Assembly (NCBI GenBank): GCA_903904855.1
Contig: CAIVEH010000136.1
Coordinates: 1,168-65,167, forward strand
Source: an uncultured Bacteroidota bacterium
GTDB lineage: Bacteria > Bacteroidota > Bacteroidia > Chitinophagales > Chitinophagaceae
Reading direction: 5' to 3'
Length of the DNA: 64,000 nucleotides
Positions 39,084 through 49,371 of the stretch are shown here, piece after piece (position 1 is the stretch's first letter; every line of letters starts with the position of its first letter). Made by a program: the position numbers and the translations under genes. The notes under the pieces were generated by a model. That model made no database searches, was not told the origin of the DNA, and saw nothing but the letters and a program-made list of their open reading frames with translations.

Positions 39084-40817
39084 ATGAAGCATATTTACTC
39101 CCTTTTTGCCTGTATTTTGATCTGCATTACCATGTTGCAATACAGGGTGGTCAATTCGGATATGCATCCCGGGCAGCCACTGCTGAAAGTAACCGTATGG
39201 GATGCGTTCGGGTATTATGTGTACCTGCCCTCTATGCTTATTTATCATGATTGTACCCAACTGAAATGGCTGGATACCATTGATAAAAAATATGCTGTAA
39301 CGGGTGGGGACGGCTACCAGGCCCAAAGAGTGGAAAACGGCAATTATGTATTCAAATACCTTGGAGGAGTAGCTATTCTGGAGGTTCCATTATTTCTTAC
39401 AGCCCATATTATAGCCAAGGCATCGCATTATCCGGCAGATGGGTTTTCACCGCCGTATCAGTATGCCCTGGGTTTTGGGATTATACTGTACTGCTTTCTG
39501 GCTGTTTTATTATTGCGTAAAATACTGTTAATTTATTTCAGCGATCTTACTACAACCATTACCTTGCTGGTGGTATGCCTGGCAACCAACTTTCTGCAAT
39601 ATGCGGCAGTAGACAGCGGGCAAAGCCATGCCTATATTTTCCCGCTTTATGTACTTGTAATGTATACCACCATGCGCTGGCACCGCAAGCCCGCTGCAAT
39701 ATGGGCAATGCTTACCGGTTATATTATTGGCCTGGCAACCATAAGCCGGCCAACGGAAGCCATAATGCTGTTTATACCCCTGTTTTGGGACACCCAAACC
39801 AAAGAAGCGGCGCGAGCCAAATGGCAATTGGTAAAAGCCAATAAGCGGCAGATAATGCTGGCAGCGATTGGTGGCCTTGCAGGCATTCTGCCACAGTTGC
39901 TTTACTGGAAAGCTGTAACCGGGTCTTTTATCTATGATGTAGGTAGTAAATGGGAATTTCTTAGTCCGCATTTCCGGGTTTTATTTGGTTGGGAAAAGGG
40001 TTGGTTTATTTATACTCCGGTAACGATATTGTTTATCGGCGGAATGTTTTTTATTAAGCAGTTTCCTTTCCGCAAATCAGCGCTGTGGTTTTGCCTGCTC
40101 AATATTTATATCATCATTGCCTGGCACGACTGGCGTTACGGAGGCAGCTATTCCACAAGGGCGCTGGTGCAGAGTTATCCGGTTTTTGCACTGCCATTTG
40201 CTGCTATTACGGAGCGGATAAGCAAAGAAAAATGGCGCATTGGCTTTTATGTGCTATGTGCTTATTTATTGTTCGTCAACCTGTTTCAGACGTGGCAGTA
40301 TGATAAGACAATTATGCATTACAATGACATGAACCGGCACTATTATGAAAGCATCTACCTTAACCCCAATCCCGGCCCGATAGAGATGAGCCTGCTAGAT
40401 AATGATGAGGTATTGAAAAACGAAACGAGTTATAAAGCATCAGTAATTATCAATTCCGGGGTTGCTGACACCGTACATTTTGCAGCTAATAGTGCAGATA
40501 CTTTCGGGTCGGTAAATCTGAAATCTGCAACTGCTGGTATTACTGATTCCTGGATTAAGGTTATATGCATTGTCCGTGCGCCGGGTTGCCTTTGGCAAAG
40601 CCATATGAATGTGAGTCTGCAGGCCGGAAACCAGTCGAAGACCTGCAGGGTAAGGTTGTTTAATGCTATTAGTCACGATACAACTCCTAATGTGTATGCC
40701 TGCTATGTGCATATACCTCCCTGCTTACCGGAGGCAAGCCTGAAATTGTTTATTACGTCTCCATTTAACTTTAATGGGGTAGTGGAAAAAGTATTTGTTG
40801 AACGGCTGGACAGGTAA
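39084..40817 (+). CDS. Polytopic membrane protein, GT-C-like, with a soluble C-terminal domain
   Basis: DAFGYYVYLP, KYLGGVAIL, ISRPTE, GWFIYTP, GGSYSTRAL; many TM segments. Function inferred. Confidence 0.55.
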   Translation: MKHIYSLFACILICITMLQYRVVNSDMHPGQPLLKVTVWDAFGYYVYLPSMLIYHDCTQLKWLDTIDKKYAVTGGDGYQAQRVENGNYVFKYLGGVAILEVPLFLTAHIIAKASHYPADGFSPPYQYALGFGIILYCFLAVLLLRKILLIYFSDLTTTITLLVVCLATNFLQYAAVDSGQSHAYIFPLYVLVMYTTMRWHRKPAAIWAMLTGYIIGLATISRPTEAIMLFIPLFWDTQTKEAARAKWQLVKANKRQIMLAAIGGLAGILPQLLYWKAVTGSFIYDVGSKWEFLSPHFRVLFGWEKGWFIYTPVTILFIGGMFFIKQFPFRKSALWFCLLNIYIIIAWHDWRYGGSYSTRALVQSYPVFALPFAAITERISKEKWRIGFYVLCAYLLFVNLFQTWQYDKTIMHYNDMNRHYYESIYLNPNPGPIEMSLLDNDEVLKNETSYKASVIINSGVADTVHFAANSADTFGSVNLKSATAGITDSWIKVICIVRAPGCLWQSHMNVSLQAGNQSKTCRVRLFNAISHDTTPNVYACYVHIPPCLPEASLKLFITSPFNFNGVVEKVFVERLDR

Positions 40818-40823
40818 CTCCCA

Positions 40824-41426
40824 TCAATGCATTCTGTCTCCCCTTGGAGCCAGAAGGGTAAGTACATGCTCTTCTATTTTCAGCCACTGGGCCCAGGTTG
40901 CCCTTACTTTTTCTACAGGGTAGTATTGCTCTGCCAGATCGATAAACAACCGGTAATGCCCGGCTTCTGAAACCATGAATTTGTAATAAAAATTACGGAG
41001 GCCTTCTTCAGGCAGTTTTTCGGAGAGCAGCCTGAAACGCTCACAACTGCGGGCCTCAATCATAGCGCCAATCATGAGCTTGTGCAGTAGTTTATCTTCA
41101 CCCGGTATGTTTTTGGGTTCATGTTCCAGCAGCAGGTTTACATAGTTGTTCTTTCTTTGCCTGCCGAGCGAGTAACCCCTTTTCTTCAGTTCGGCCCACA
41201 CCATCCTGAAATGCCCCCATTCCTCAGTTACTATAGGCGACAATGCATTTACCAGGTCTTCTTTTTCGGGGTGGCGCTGAATCAATGAGATACATTGAGT
41301 AGCGGCTTTCTGTTCGCAGAATGCGTGATCGGTCAATATTTCTTCCAGCGACATAGCTGCGAGATCGGCCCAGCCGGGTTCGGTAGGCATTTTCAATCCC
41401 AGTATACTGTTATCGGTAGTACTCAT
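40824..41426 (-). CDS. miaE: tRNA 2-(methylsulfanyl)-N6-isopentenyladenosine(37) hydroxylase
   Basis: DHAFCEQKAA, EEWGHF, IEARSCERF, SEAGHY di-iron motifs. Confidence 0.9.
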   Translation of the reverse strand: MSTTDNSILGLKMPTEPGWADLAAMSLEEILTDHAFCEQKAATQCISLIQRHPEKEDLVNALSPIVTEEWGHFRMVWAELKKRGYSLGRQRKNNYVNLLLEHEPKNIPGEDKLLHKLMIGAMIEARSCERFRLLSEKLPEEGLRNFYYKFMVSEAGHYRLFIDLAEQYYPVEKVRATWAQWLKIEEHVLTLLAPRGDRMH

Positions 41427-41443
41427 AAGAACTATGTTAAAAT

Positions 41444-41469
41444 AAAAAGGGGCTCAGAAATGAGCCCCT
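41444..41469 (-). terminator. Rho-independent terminator of the M12B gene
   Basis: AGGGGCTCA-GAAA-TGAGCCCCT with an A run on the plus strand (T tail on the minus strand). Confidence 0.8.
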
Positions 41470-41489
41470 CAAAATTAAATCATTTACAG

Positions 41490-43805
41490 TTATTCTAAAA
41501 TAAACCGTTTTACGGTCTTCTGGCCCTGGCCATCCTGAAGCAGCATATAGTAAATGCCCCTTGCCCATAACGAAACCTGTATTTCTTTCTGGCCACTGAT
41601 GGAGCCTTCCCACACCTGCTGCCCCAATGTATTGAAAACCTTAGCTTCCACCTGGGTTGTTGCAGATACCTGCAGTAAATTACCTGCCGGAACAGGGAAT
41701 ACTTTTACTTCATTATCTATACTTGCAACCTGTTTTACACCCGATGTAACCGGTATAGAAGTATTATGATTTACTGTGAAATTTGATCCGTTCACATTGA
41801 AAAATACATTGCCATGACCTTTAACTTTAATGCGGCATGTGGTTGAACTGGCAGCCGGATTAGGCACAGTAATAGTGGCGCTTCCTGTATTGGGATAGGT
41901 GCCAATATGATAATTCCATGTATAGCCGCCATCGAGCGACAGATAAATATCCACACTTGTTGCATTAATCGGGGTAGTGTTACTATTGACAACATTCCAG
42001 GTAACCGTTTGGCTTGAGCCGCCAGAATAAGTAACTGCGCTATTCTGGCTGGTAACTACAAAACCTGCTCCGGTATTGATGGCATTCAATGTGATCTGGT
42101 CATCGGGGATAGTGATGGATCCCATATTGTGATAAATATCGCGGAAAGTGCAGATGAAATTCATAGTGCGTGCTACATCAGGTACTTTCTCTCCTTCAGC
42201 GCCTTCGATACCAGCATTGCTGAGTGTGCCGGCAAGTACCATACTCATCTTGGGGAAAACACGCAAACCTGTGGTAGTAGGATTGAAAGAACGGAACAGA
42301 GGGCCAACTGCATGTGTAGCTAAAAATCTTTCACCAGCAATACCAATAGTTAATGCATTGTCCCACTCTTCCCAGCAATATAAGGTGGTTGAGTCGGCTA
42401 CTGTATCAGTAAGTACAGGGGCAACCAATTCGAATGGAGTAAGGTAAGGAATAGAATAGGAAGCTGTAAAAGGGCTGTATTTTACCAGTTTATTGCCGGT
42501 TGAGGTTTTTACAGCACAAACATCACCACCCATGCTTCCGGGTGTAGTAATATAAGTCTGGATCATCTCGAGGCTGACAGCGTGGAAATAAGGATCGCTA
42601 TGCATCTGAACGTCATCCGGTCCGCAAATACCTCCATAGGCCATTATAGTTGAGCCGCTGCCTGGTTCATAAGATATCTCAGGTGTATTATTCCCACCGC
42701 AACTGCCATCGGAGCCATTGGCAAATGTGTGATCACCGCCAAATTCATGACCCATTTCATGAGCCACATAGTCGATATCAAAGCCATCACCAACCGGAGT
42801 GGGTTGGCCCGTAGTGCTTTGAGCTTTATTGCCTGATGAGCAAATAACACCCAATAAAGATACCCCGCCTGAACCGGTAGAAAATACATGGCCTATATCA
42901 TAGTTTGCATCGCCGATTACTGCATCACATTCAGTCTGATTGTCGGTCAGCAGGTTTCCGGCATTACTATTATCGATATGGTAAGGATCACCTGTAGCTG
43001 TAATAAAAATGAGTGATGTCTCATTGGTTACAAACTTCATGGTTACAGAAAATTCACGCTCATAAACTCCGTTGATCCTGTTCATTGAAGTGGTCATTTT
43101 GCTTAATACCTGTGCAACAGTAGGAGTAGCAAGGCCGGTAGCAGCCTGGGCGTAATCAACATCGCAGGCCAAAGCAAGGCGGTAGGTGCGCAACTGGCTG
43201 CCATTTATTGTTTTTAAAGCTATTCTGGGTAGCCCTTTCTGCTGAATGTCCATAGGCTCTCCGGCAGGTCCGTGCTCATCGAAACTGTGTACCAGGCATT
43301 TCATCCTGTCGGAGAATGACCTGGTTTCATCTTTTTTATAATGCACCATATAATATCCGTCGTGATAATTATCGAACGGATCTATGAAGGAAGTATTATT
43401 GCCGTCGAAAATCATGGCATGAAAACCATACAAGGTAAAATCCAGTTTTACAGTAACTGTATGATTGCTCACTGATTCTCCGGTAAATGTTTTAATATCC
43501 GGGAACTGGCTGGCCAGCTGATCAGGCATCATGGGAGTCTGCCATACTTTAAAATCCCTGGTGGAACCATCGGGCATGGGCAATGTAATTATGATACCTT
43601 CAGAAGGATTGGTGGAAAGTGAAAACAGCTGTAGTTTCAGAGTTGCCTCATCAACAGTATAAACCTGGTAGCTGAGCGGGTGCATGAGTTGCAGGTTTTG
43701 GGGGGCAGCATCTGCATTCGTCAAGTGCCATAAATTAGCGGCAGGCGATAGCAAAGGGCAAAACAGTGCGAGGCTTAAACAAATTTTTGTAATAGATAGT
43801 TTCAT
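41490..43805 (-). CDS. Reprolysin-like (M12B) zinc metalloprotease, T9SS cargo
   Basis: HEMGHEFGGDH, SGSTIMAY Met-turn, pro-domain LPMPDG, CTD VFPVP...KRFILE. Start ATG 43805. Confidence 0.9.
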   Translation of the reverse strand: MKLSITKICLSLALFCPLLSPAANLWHLTNADAAPQNLQLMHPLSYQVYTVDEATLKLQLFSLSTNPSEGIIITLPMPDGSTRDFKVWQTPMMPDQLASQFPDIKTFTGESVSNHTVTVKLDFTLYGFHAMIFDGNNTSFIDPFDNYHDGYYMVHYKKDETRSFSDRMKCLVHSFDEHGPAGEPMDIQQKGLPRIALKTINGSQLRTYRLALACDVDYAQAATGLATPTVAQVLSKMTTSMNRINGVYEREFSVTMKFVTNETSLIFITATGDPYHIDNSNAGNLLTDNQTECDAVIGDANYDIGHVFSTGSGGVSLLGVICSSGNKAQSTTGQPTPVGDGFDIDYVAHEMGHEFGGDHTFANGSDGSCGGNNTPEISYEPGSGSTIMAYGGICGPDDVQMHSDPYFHAVSLEMIQTYITTPGSMGGDVCAVKTSTGNKLVKYSPFTASYSIPYLTPFELVAPVLTDTVADSTTLYCWEEWDNALTIGIAGERFLATHAVGPLFRSFNPTTTGLRVFPKMSMVLAGTLSNAGIEGAEGEKVPDVARTMNFICTFRDIYHNMGSITIPDDQITLNAINTGAGFVVTSQNSAVTYSGGSSQTVTWNVVNSNTTPINATSVDIYLSLDGGYTWNYHIGTYPNTGSATITVPNPAASSTTCRIKVKGHGNVFFNVNGSNFTVNHNTSIPVTSGVKQVASIDNEVKVFPVPAGNLLQVSATTQVEAKVFNTLGQQVWEGSISGQKEIQVSLWARGIYYMLLQDGQGQKTVKRFILE

Positions 43806-44078
43806 ACTTATAATGATTGATATTCGTAATGATTTGTTATGTACAGCAATTCCGTTCAAAAGATTAAAACAGAGCTTGCAAATTAGTATATTCTTTTTAC
43901 AAATAAGCTGCAATTTTAGTGCCAATAATATAATTGGCGAATTTATTTGACAGAAATGGCATAATGTTGGCTGAAATTATTTGGGTTAAAGCCGTAAAAT
44001 CACAAAGGGAACAACCTGCTATTTTTCAGTCAAATGCCAAACCATATTTGACAAAACTAATTGCAAAACGGATATGTA

Positions 44079-46352
44079 TTAATCCACAACTATCTTCTTA
44101 ACAGTAACCTGATTTTTGTCATCAATGAGCTTTATTAGGTACACCCCACGTGCCCAGTAATTTACCGGCAGATCAAGTTCGCCAAATACTTTTCCCCTTA
44201 TAAGCACCCTGCCAACTGCATCACATACCATATATTGCAATATGCCCTTATTGCCACAATAAATATGCAGGATACTGTGCACCGGTGACGGATATACCTG
44301 TATATTACTACCTGTGCTGATGTTATGGTAAACAGAAAAATCACTCAGATTAACATTAAAGAAAACATTGCGGGTACCTTTAACTTTAAACCTCGCAAAT
44401 TCGATATTGGAAGCGGGATTGGGTACTATAATGGCTGCAGAGCCATTGTTTGGATAAGTGCCTACTTTGTATGGCCATGAGTATCCCGCATCGTCCGACA
44501 TGAATATATCCACACTGTCGGCATTAATGGGGGTAGTATTGGTGCTGACTACATTCCATGTAATGGTTGTGGGTTCATTGCCTAAATACTCAATCCCGCC
44601 ATAACCCTGGCTGGTAACTTTAAAACCACTCCCTGTATTGATCACATCAAGGTGTATGGAATCATCGGGTATCAGGAAGCTGCCATGTCCCTGATAAATA
44701 TCCCTTACCGTCAGTCTAAAAGTAAGATAACGGGCTACATCCGGTACTTTTTCGCCCTGATTGCCCTCAATACCTGCATTACTCAGGCTGTCGGCCAGTA
44801 CCATGTGCATAGTGGGGAATACCCTTACAGGTGATTTTACAGGAGTATAACTCCGGAATATAGGCCCGTAATAATGTGTGTTGGCAAAAGTCTGGCCTTC
44901 ATCTCCCAGGTTCCATTGTTCCCAGCAATAGGTTACAGAAGTATCAGCAACTGAATCGATAGCCACAGGTGCAGTCAGCTCAAAAGGAGTGAGGTAGGGA
45001 ATAGAATAAGATGCAGTAAATGCCGGCAGGCTTACGGGCTTGTTATTGGTTGGGGAATGCACCGCGCATGTATTGCCGGGGCCAACCATTGACTGACTTT
45101 GAATCTCAGCAAGGCTTTTGGCGTGAAAATAGGCATCGCTATGAGGTTGCAGGTTATCGGGTTTGCAAATGCCGCCATAAGCCATAATTGTGGAGCCGCT
45201 TCCTGGTTCATAAGCTGATTCAGGGATAATGTTACCCTGTACGCCGCAACTCCCGCTCAGGGCATCATTGAACGTATGTTCGGCGCCAAATTCATGGCCC
45301 ATTTCGTGTGCCAGGTAATCAATATCAAAACCATCGCCCCATGGCTGAGGTTGGCCAGTAGCACTATGCGCTTTTAAACCGGCTGAACAGACACACCCAA
45401 GCCATGAATAACCCCCGGCCCCGGTCGTAAGTACATGGCCCAGATCATAATTGGCATTCCCGATTCTTTGATCGCATAAACCCTGGTTGGCAGAGTTGCA
45501 AAGTACAGCTTGATCGTTTATTGCTGCAAAAGTATCAGTGCCATTTACTCCTCCAGAGGGAGCATTGAATATCAGGGTATCTTCATTGGCAATGAGATTC
45601 ATGGTTATCGAAAACTCACGTTCATATACACCGTTGACCCTGTTTAAGGAGGTTACCATTTTACTTAAAACCTGTGCTATTGATGGTGTGCTCAGGCCGG
45701 TTACAGCGCTGGCATACTGGTAATCGCAGGCCAGCGCCAGGCGGTATGTGCGCAGTTCATACCCATTGCTAACCCTCATAGCCACTTTATCTGTAACATC
45801 CATATCCTTGTTATGCCTGAAAGTAGGATCACTGGTTACACCGCAATGCGGTACGGATTCAGGACTCCGCGTTTCATCTTTTTTAAAATGTACCGCATAA
45901 TACCCCGGCTGGTTATTCTCAACCGGATCGACCATAGAAATGTTGATGCCATCGAAAATAATTGCGTGGAACCCGTAAACGGTATAATCCAGTTTGGCAG
46001 TGATGTTGCGGTTGTCGGTTGCTTCAGCAGTGTATACGCTGATATCAGGATATTTCGCTGCCAGTTGTGGTGGAATCATGGAGGAGCGCCAAACTCTGAA
46101 ATACCTGGTGGAACCATCGGCGAGCGGTAATTCTATGATCTGACCTTTAGCTGGTTCGGATGTCAGTGCAGATAGCTGTGATTTAAGCTCAGCCTCATTC
46201 AGTGAGTAAATTAGCGCATTGTGTGGCACGCATGGCCTGAGTTTAAGAGTTGCCCTAGCTTCATCGGCTCTTTGCCACCTGCTGCCTGCATGTAGTAATA
46301 AAGGAGCTGAACAAAAAAGGCATACAAATAAAAAGGTGCCCAACTGTTTCAT
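44079..46352 (-). CDS. Reprolysin-like (M12B) zinc metalloprotease, T9SS cargo, tandem paralog
   Basis: HEMGHEFGAEH, SGSTIMAY, CTD VYPSP...KKIVVD. Start ATG 46352. Confidence 0.9.
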   Translation of the reverse strand: MKQLGTFLFVCLFCSAPLLLHAGSRWQRADEARATLKLRPCVPHNALIYSLNEAELKSQLSALTSEPAKGQIIELPLADGSTRYFRVWRSSMIPPQLAAKYPDISVYTAEATDNRNITAKLDYTVYGFHAIIFDGINISMVDPVENNQPGYYAVHFKKDETRSPESVPHCGVTSDPTFRHNKDMDVTDKVAMRVSNGYELRTYRLALACDYQYASAVTGLSTPSIAQVLSKMVTSLNRVNGVYEREFSITMNLIANEDTLIFNAPSGGVNGTDTFAAINDQAVLCNSANQGLCDQRIGNANYDLGHVLTTGAGGYSWLGCVCSAGLKAHSATGQPQPWGDGFDIDYLAHEMGHEFGAEHTFNDALSGSCGVQGNIIPESAYEPGSGSTIMAYGGICKPDNLQPHSDAYFHAKSLAEIQSQSMVGPGNTCAVHSPTNNKPVSLPAFTASYSIPYLTPFELTAPVAIDSVADTSVTYCWEQWNLGDEGQTFANTHYYGPIFRSYTPVKSPVRVFPTMHMVLADSLSNAGIEGNQGEKVPDVARYLTFRLTVRDIYQGHGSFLIPDDSIHLDVINTGSGFKVTSQGYGGIEYLGNEPTTITWNVVSTNTTPINADSVDIFMSDDAGYSWPYKVGTYPNNGSAAIIVPNPASNIEFARFKVKGTRNVFFNVNLSDFSVYHNISTGSNIQVYPSPVHSILHIYCGNKGILQYMVCDAVGRVLIRGKVFGELDLPVNYWARGVYLIKLIDDKNQVTVKKIVVD

Positions 46353-46663
46353 TTTTATAGTTTTATAAGGTGTAATAAAGGTAAACTGAAAAAGCCACAC
46401 AAAAAACACAAACACACCCTGAAAGATACAGATTTATCGGTCTGAAATAAAAAAATAGCGATGAATTTTTTCAAAATAAGTGATCTGATAAAACTCAGAG
46501 TTTGAGGGGGCGCATTTATAGCAGATATACATTCGCTTAAACCTGCTGAAAACAAGTGCCAACAAAAACAATTTTGATTTGAATGATTCGGAGTGATTTC
46601 AATTAGTCGGTTTGCGTTATTTTTGTACTAAATCAGCGTGTTTAAGCCACAACGTACTTAATT

Positions 46664-48148
46664 ATGAAAAAATATTTATTTTTAACTTCTTGCCTATTAT
46701 TGCTAGGTGCTCCTGCTTTATTCTCGCAGAAGTCGCATAATCAGAACAAATGCGGGATGGAAATTGTAAAGACAGCATTGATAGCTAAAGACCCATCATG
46801 GGCGCAACGCTTTGAAGACCAGCGTAACTCATTGCAGGGAATAGCTAATAGTTGGAAAAACCGGCAACAGTCGGAACGGATGGCAGGCAAAACAACTTCA
46901 GTACCAACTATACCAGTCATATTTCATGTGCTGGTTACTTATAATGAGTATATGATACTGGGTGGCAATGCAGGTATTGCCCGGCGCATTGATTCACAGA
47001 TAGCTGTGCTGAATAGGGATTTCAACAGGCAGAATGCTGATTCTGTACTTATACCTACCAACTGGAAACCTTTATATGCCAATGTGGGTTTTCGTTTCGG
47101 GTTGGCGCATACCGATCCTAATGGCTTCGGAACTCCGGGATATGAAATCAATATTATACCTGATGCTCCTGGTGGTTTTTCAGGCGCCGGTGCCAGTTAC
47201 AGTGATGCAAAGCATAGTATTACCGGCGGGTTTGATGCCTGGGATGTGAACAGATATATGAATGTATGGTGTATTAATCCAGTAGATGTTTCAGGTTTGC
47301 TGGGTGTAACAGTGGCCCGTTCGATTGCCACATCTCATAGTTATCCGCTCAACGAAATAGGCGTTTGTATACATTGGGAAACACTGGGCAAAAGGGTATC
47401 TGCCGCTGATTCCTTTATTCAGGGAACCACCGCTGGCGACTATTATGACCAGGGCCGTACCCTGACCCATGAAACAGGCCACTTTTTTGAAATCTGGCAC
47501 ACCTGGGGGGATGATAACGGCCGTTGCCCCTGGCAAATGCCCTTTAAAGATGATGGTCTTGCAGATACACCTCCTGAAGCAATGGCAAAATTTGATAATA
47601 CACCCTATTCAATTTCCGGAGGAACTTATTATGATACGTGCCACTATGATGGGTCAATTGATACGCAGAAATCATTGGGTTGTCCCTGCCTTGATTATAT
47701 GAATTATACCGATGATGTGGGTATGCATCTATTTACGCCCGACCAGGCGGCGGTAATGGATGCTATGGTGCTGACAGCTCCAAGCAGTGGATTGCCTGGC
47801 CTAAATGGTTCGGGAATAGAGGGTGAAAGCTATGGCCTGACACAAAACCCGGGATTACTCAACTGGTCTACCCGTACAGGTGTGGCACAACTGGAAGCTG
47901 AAAAAGGCTTGGCAATAGCTCCCAATCCATCAACTGGTATCATTAATATCAGTTTCAACAGCACCAAAGAGCAATTGACTGACATAAGTATATTGAATAT
48001 GCTTGGGCAGGAAGTTGCCCATAAAAACACCTGGGGCAGCGGTTCAGACTATTATTCTATCGACTTATCGGGAATGAGTAAGGGTATTTACCTTGTTAGA
48101 TGTAACTTTGTATCCGGAAGCATTACCCGGAAAATACTGTTACAATGA
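46664..48148 (+). CDS. M43 (pappalysin/ulilysin-like) metalloprotease, T9SS cargo
   Basis: Pro-peptide Cys (KCGME), TIPVIFHV, QIAVLNRDF, GRTLTHETGHFFEIWHTWG, DYMNYTDD; CTD IAPNP...KILLQ. Confidence 0.85.
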   Translation: MKKYLFLTSCLLLLGAPALFSQKSHNQNKCGMEIVKTALIAKDPSWAQRFEDQRNSLQGIANSWKNRQQSERMAGKTTSVPTIPVIFHVLVTYNEYMILGGNAGIARRIDSQIAVLNRDFNRQNADSVLIPTNWKPLYANVGFRFGLAHTDPNGFGTPGYEINIIPDAPGGFSGAGASYSDAKHSITGGFDAWDVNRYMNVWCINPVDVSGLLGVTVARSIATSHSYPLNEIGVCIHWETLGKRVSAADSFIQGTTAGDYYDQGRTLTHETGHFFEIWHTWGDDNGRCPWQMPFKDDGLADTPPEAMAKFDNTPYSISGGTYYDTCHYDGSIDTQKSLGCPCLDYMNYTDDVGMHLFTPDQAAVMDAMVLTAPSSGLPGLNGSGIEGESYGLTQNPGLLNWSTRTGVAQLEAEKGLAIAPNPSTGIINISFNSTKEQLTDISILNMLGQEVAHKNTWGSGSDYYSIDLSGMSKGIYLVRCNFVSGSITRKILLQ

Positions 48149-49299
48149 TATTGAAGCCATTCAACCTTGCTGAAGTACTAAAGAATTCAGATTTAGATAA
48201 AGGCCTGCGGGCAATAGCCGAAAAAGTGCAAAGCAATGAACGCCTTACCGATGAGGAAGGCGTTTTGCTTTTTGAGAAAGGCGAGTTGGGCTTTGTAGGA
48301 GCCCTGGCCAACCTTGTTGCTGAAAGACTGCATGGCGGCAAGGTTTATTTCAACCGTAATTTTCATATTGAGCCTACCAATGTGTGCGTCTTTACCTGCA
48401 ATTTCTGCTCATATTCGCGCCTGTACAAGCACCGGGATGATGGCTGGGAACTGGGCATGGAGCAGATGCTGGACATAGTGCGTAAATATGACGGGCAACC
48501 TGTAACAGAAGTACATATTGTGGGTGGCGTTCATCCGAAAATGAACCTGGATTTTTTCTGCGAACTGTTGAGTAAGATATGCGCTCACCGGCCCGATCTG
48601 CATATAAAAGGTTTTACGGCGGTAGAGCTGGATTATATGATACGCAAAGCAAAACTGAGTATTGAAGAGGGGATGAAGAAGCTCAGTGATGCCGGGCTGC
48701 AATCACTGCCCGGTGGTGGCGCTGAGATATTCCATCCGGATGTGCGGAACGAGATTTGTGCTGATAAAGTGGATGCCGATGGCTGGCTGCACATACACGA
48801 AACAGCCCATAACCTGGGTATGCATAGCAATGCCACCATGCTGTATGGCCATATTGAAAACTATGCCCACCGAATAGATCATATGAGCCGGCTGCGTGCC
48901 CTGCAGGATAAAACAGGAGGTTTTAATTGTTTTATACCACTCAAATTCAGGAATGGGGATAATGATATGTCGCATATTGCTGAATCAACCATTATTGAAG
49001 ATCTGCGCCTGTATGCCATATCCCGTATTTTCATGGATAACTTCAGGAATCTGAAAGCTTACTGGCCAATGCTGGGCAGGCAGACTGCGCAGCTTACTCT
49101 ATCTTTCGGTGTTAATGACTTGGATGGCACCATAGATGATACCACAAAAATATACTCAATGGCAGGGGCCGAAGAGCAGACACCTTCTCTCACCACAGAG
49201 CAGCTTTGCGAAATGATACTGGCTGTGGGCAGGATACCTGTGGAAAGGGACACGCTTTATAATGAGATTAAGGTATTCAATGAAGGTGTATTATTATAA
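48145..49299 (+). CDS. mqnE: Aminofutalosine synthase (radical SAM; futalosine menaquinone pathway)
   Basis: RNFHIEPTNVCVFTCNFCSY (CX3CX2C), EVHIVGG, PGGGAEIF, NATMLYGHIE, KAYW, FGVNDLDGT. MqnC/CofH cannot be fully excluded. Confidence 0.8.
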   Translation: MILKPFNLAEVLKNSDLDKGLRAIAEKVQSNERLTDEEGVLLFEKGELGFVGALANLVAERLHGGKVYFNRNFHIEPTNVCVFTCNFCSYSRLYKHRDDGWELGMEQMLDIVRKYDGQPVTEVHIVGGVHPKMNLDFFCELLSKICAHRPDLHIKGFTAVELDYMIRKAKLSIEEGMKKLSDAGLQSLPGGGAEIFHPDVRNEICADKVDADGWLHIHETAHNLGMHSNATMLYGHIENYAHRIDHMSRLRALQDKTGGFNCFIPLKFRNGDNDMSHIAESTIIEDLRLYAISRIFMDNFRNLKAYWPMLGRQTAQLTLSFGVNDLDGTIDDTTKIYSMAGAEEQTPSLTTEQLCEMILAVGRIPVERDTLYNEIKVFNEGVLL

Positions 49300-49371
49300 A
49301 ATTTAAATACCAAAGCAAATATTACCAACTTATAGCTATAATTTATTACTTTAGTATCCAAAATTGCGTTT

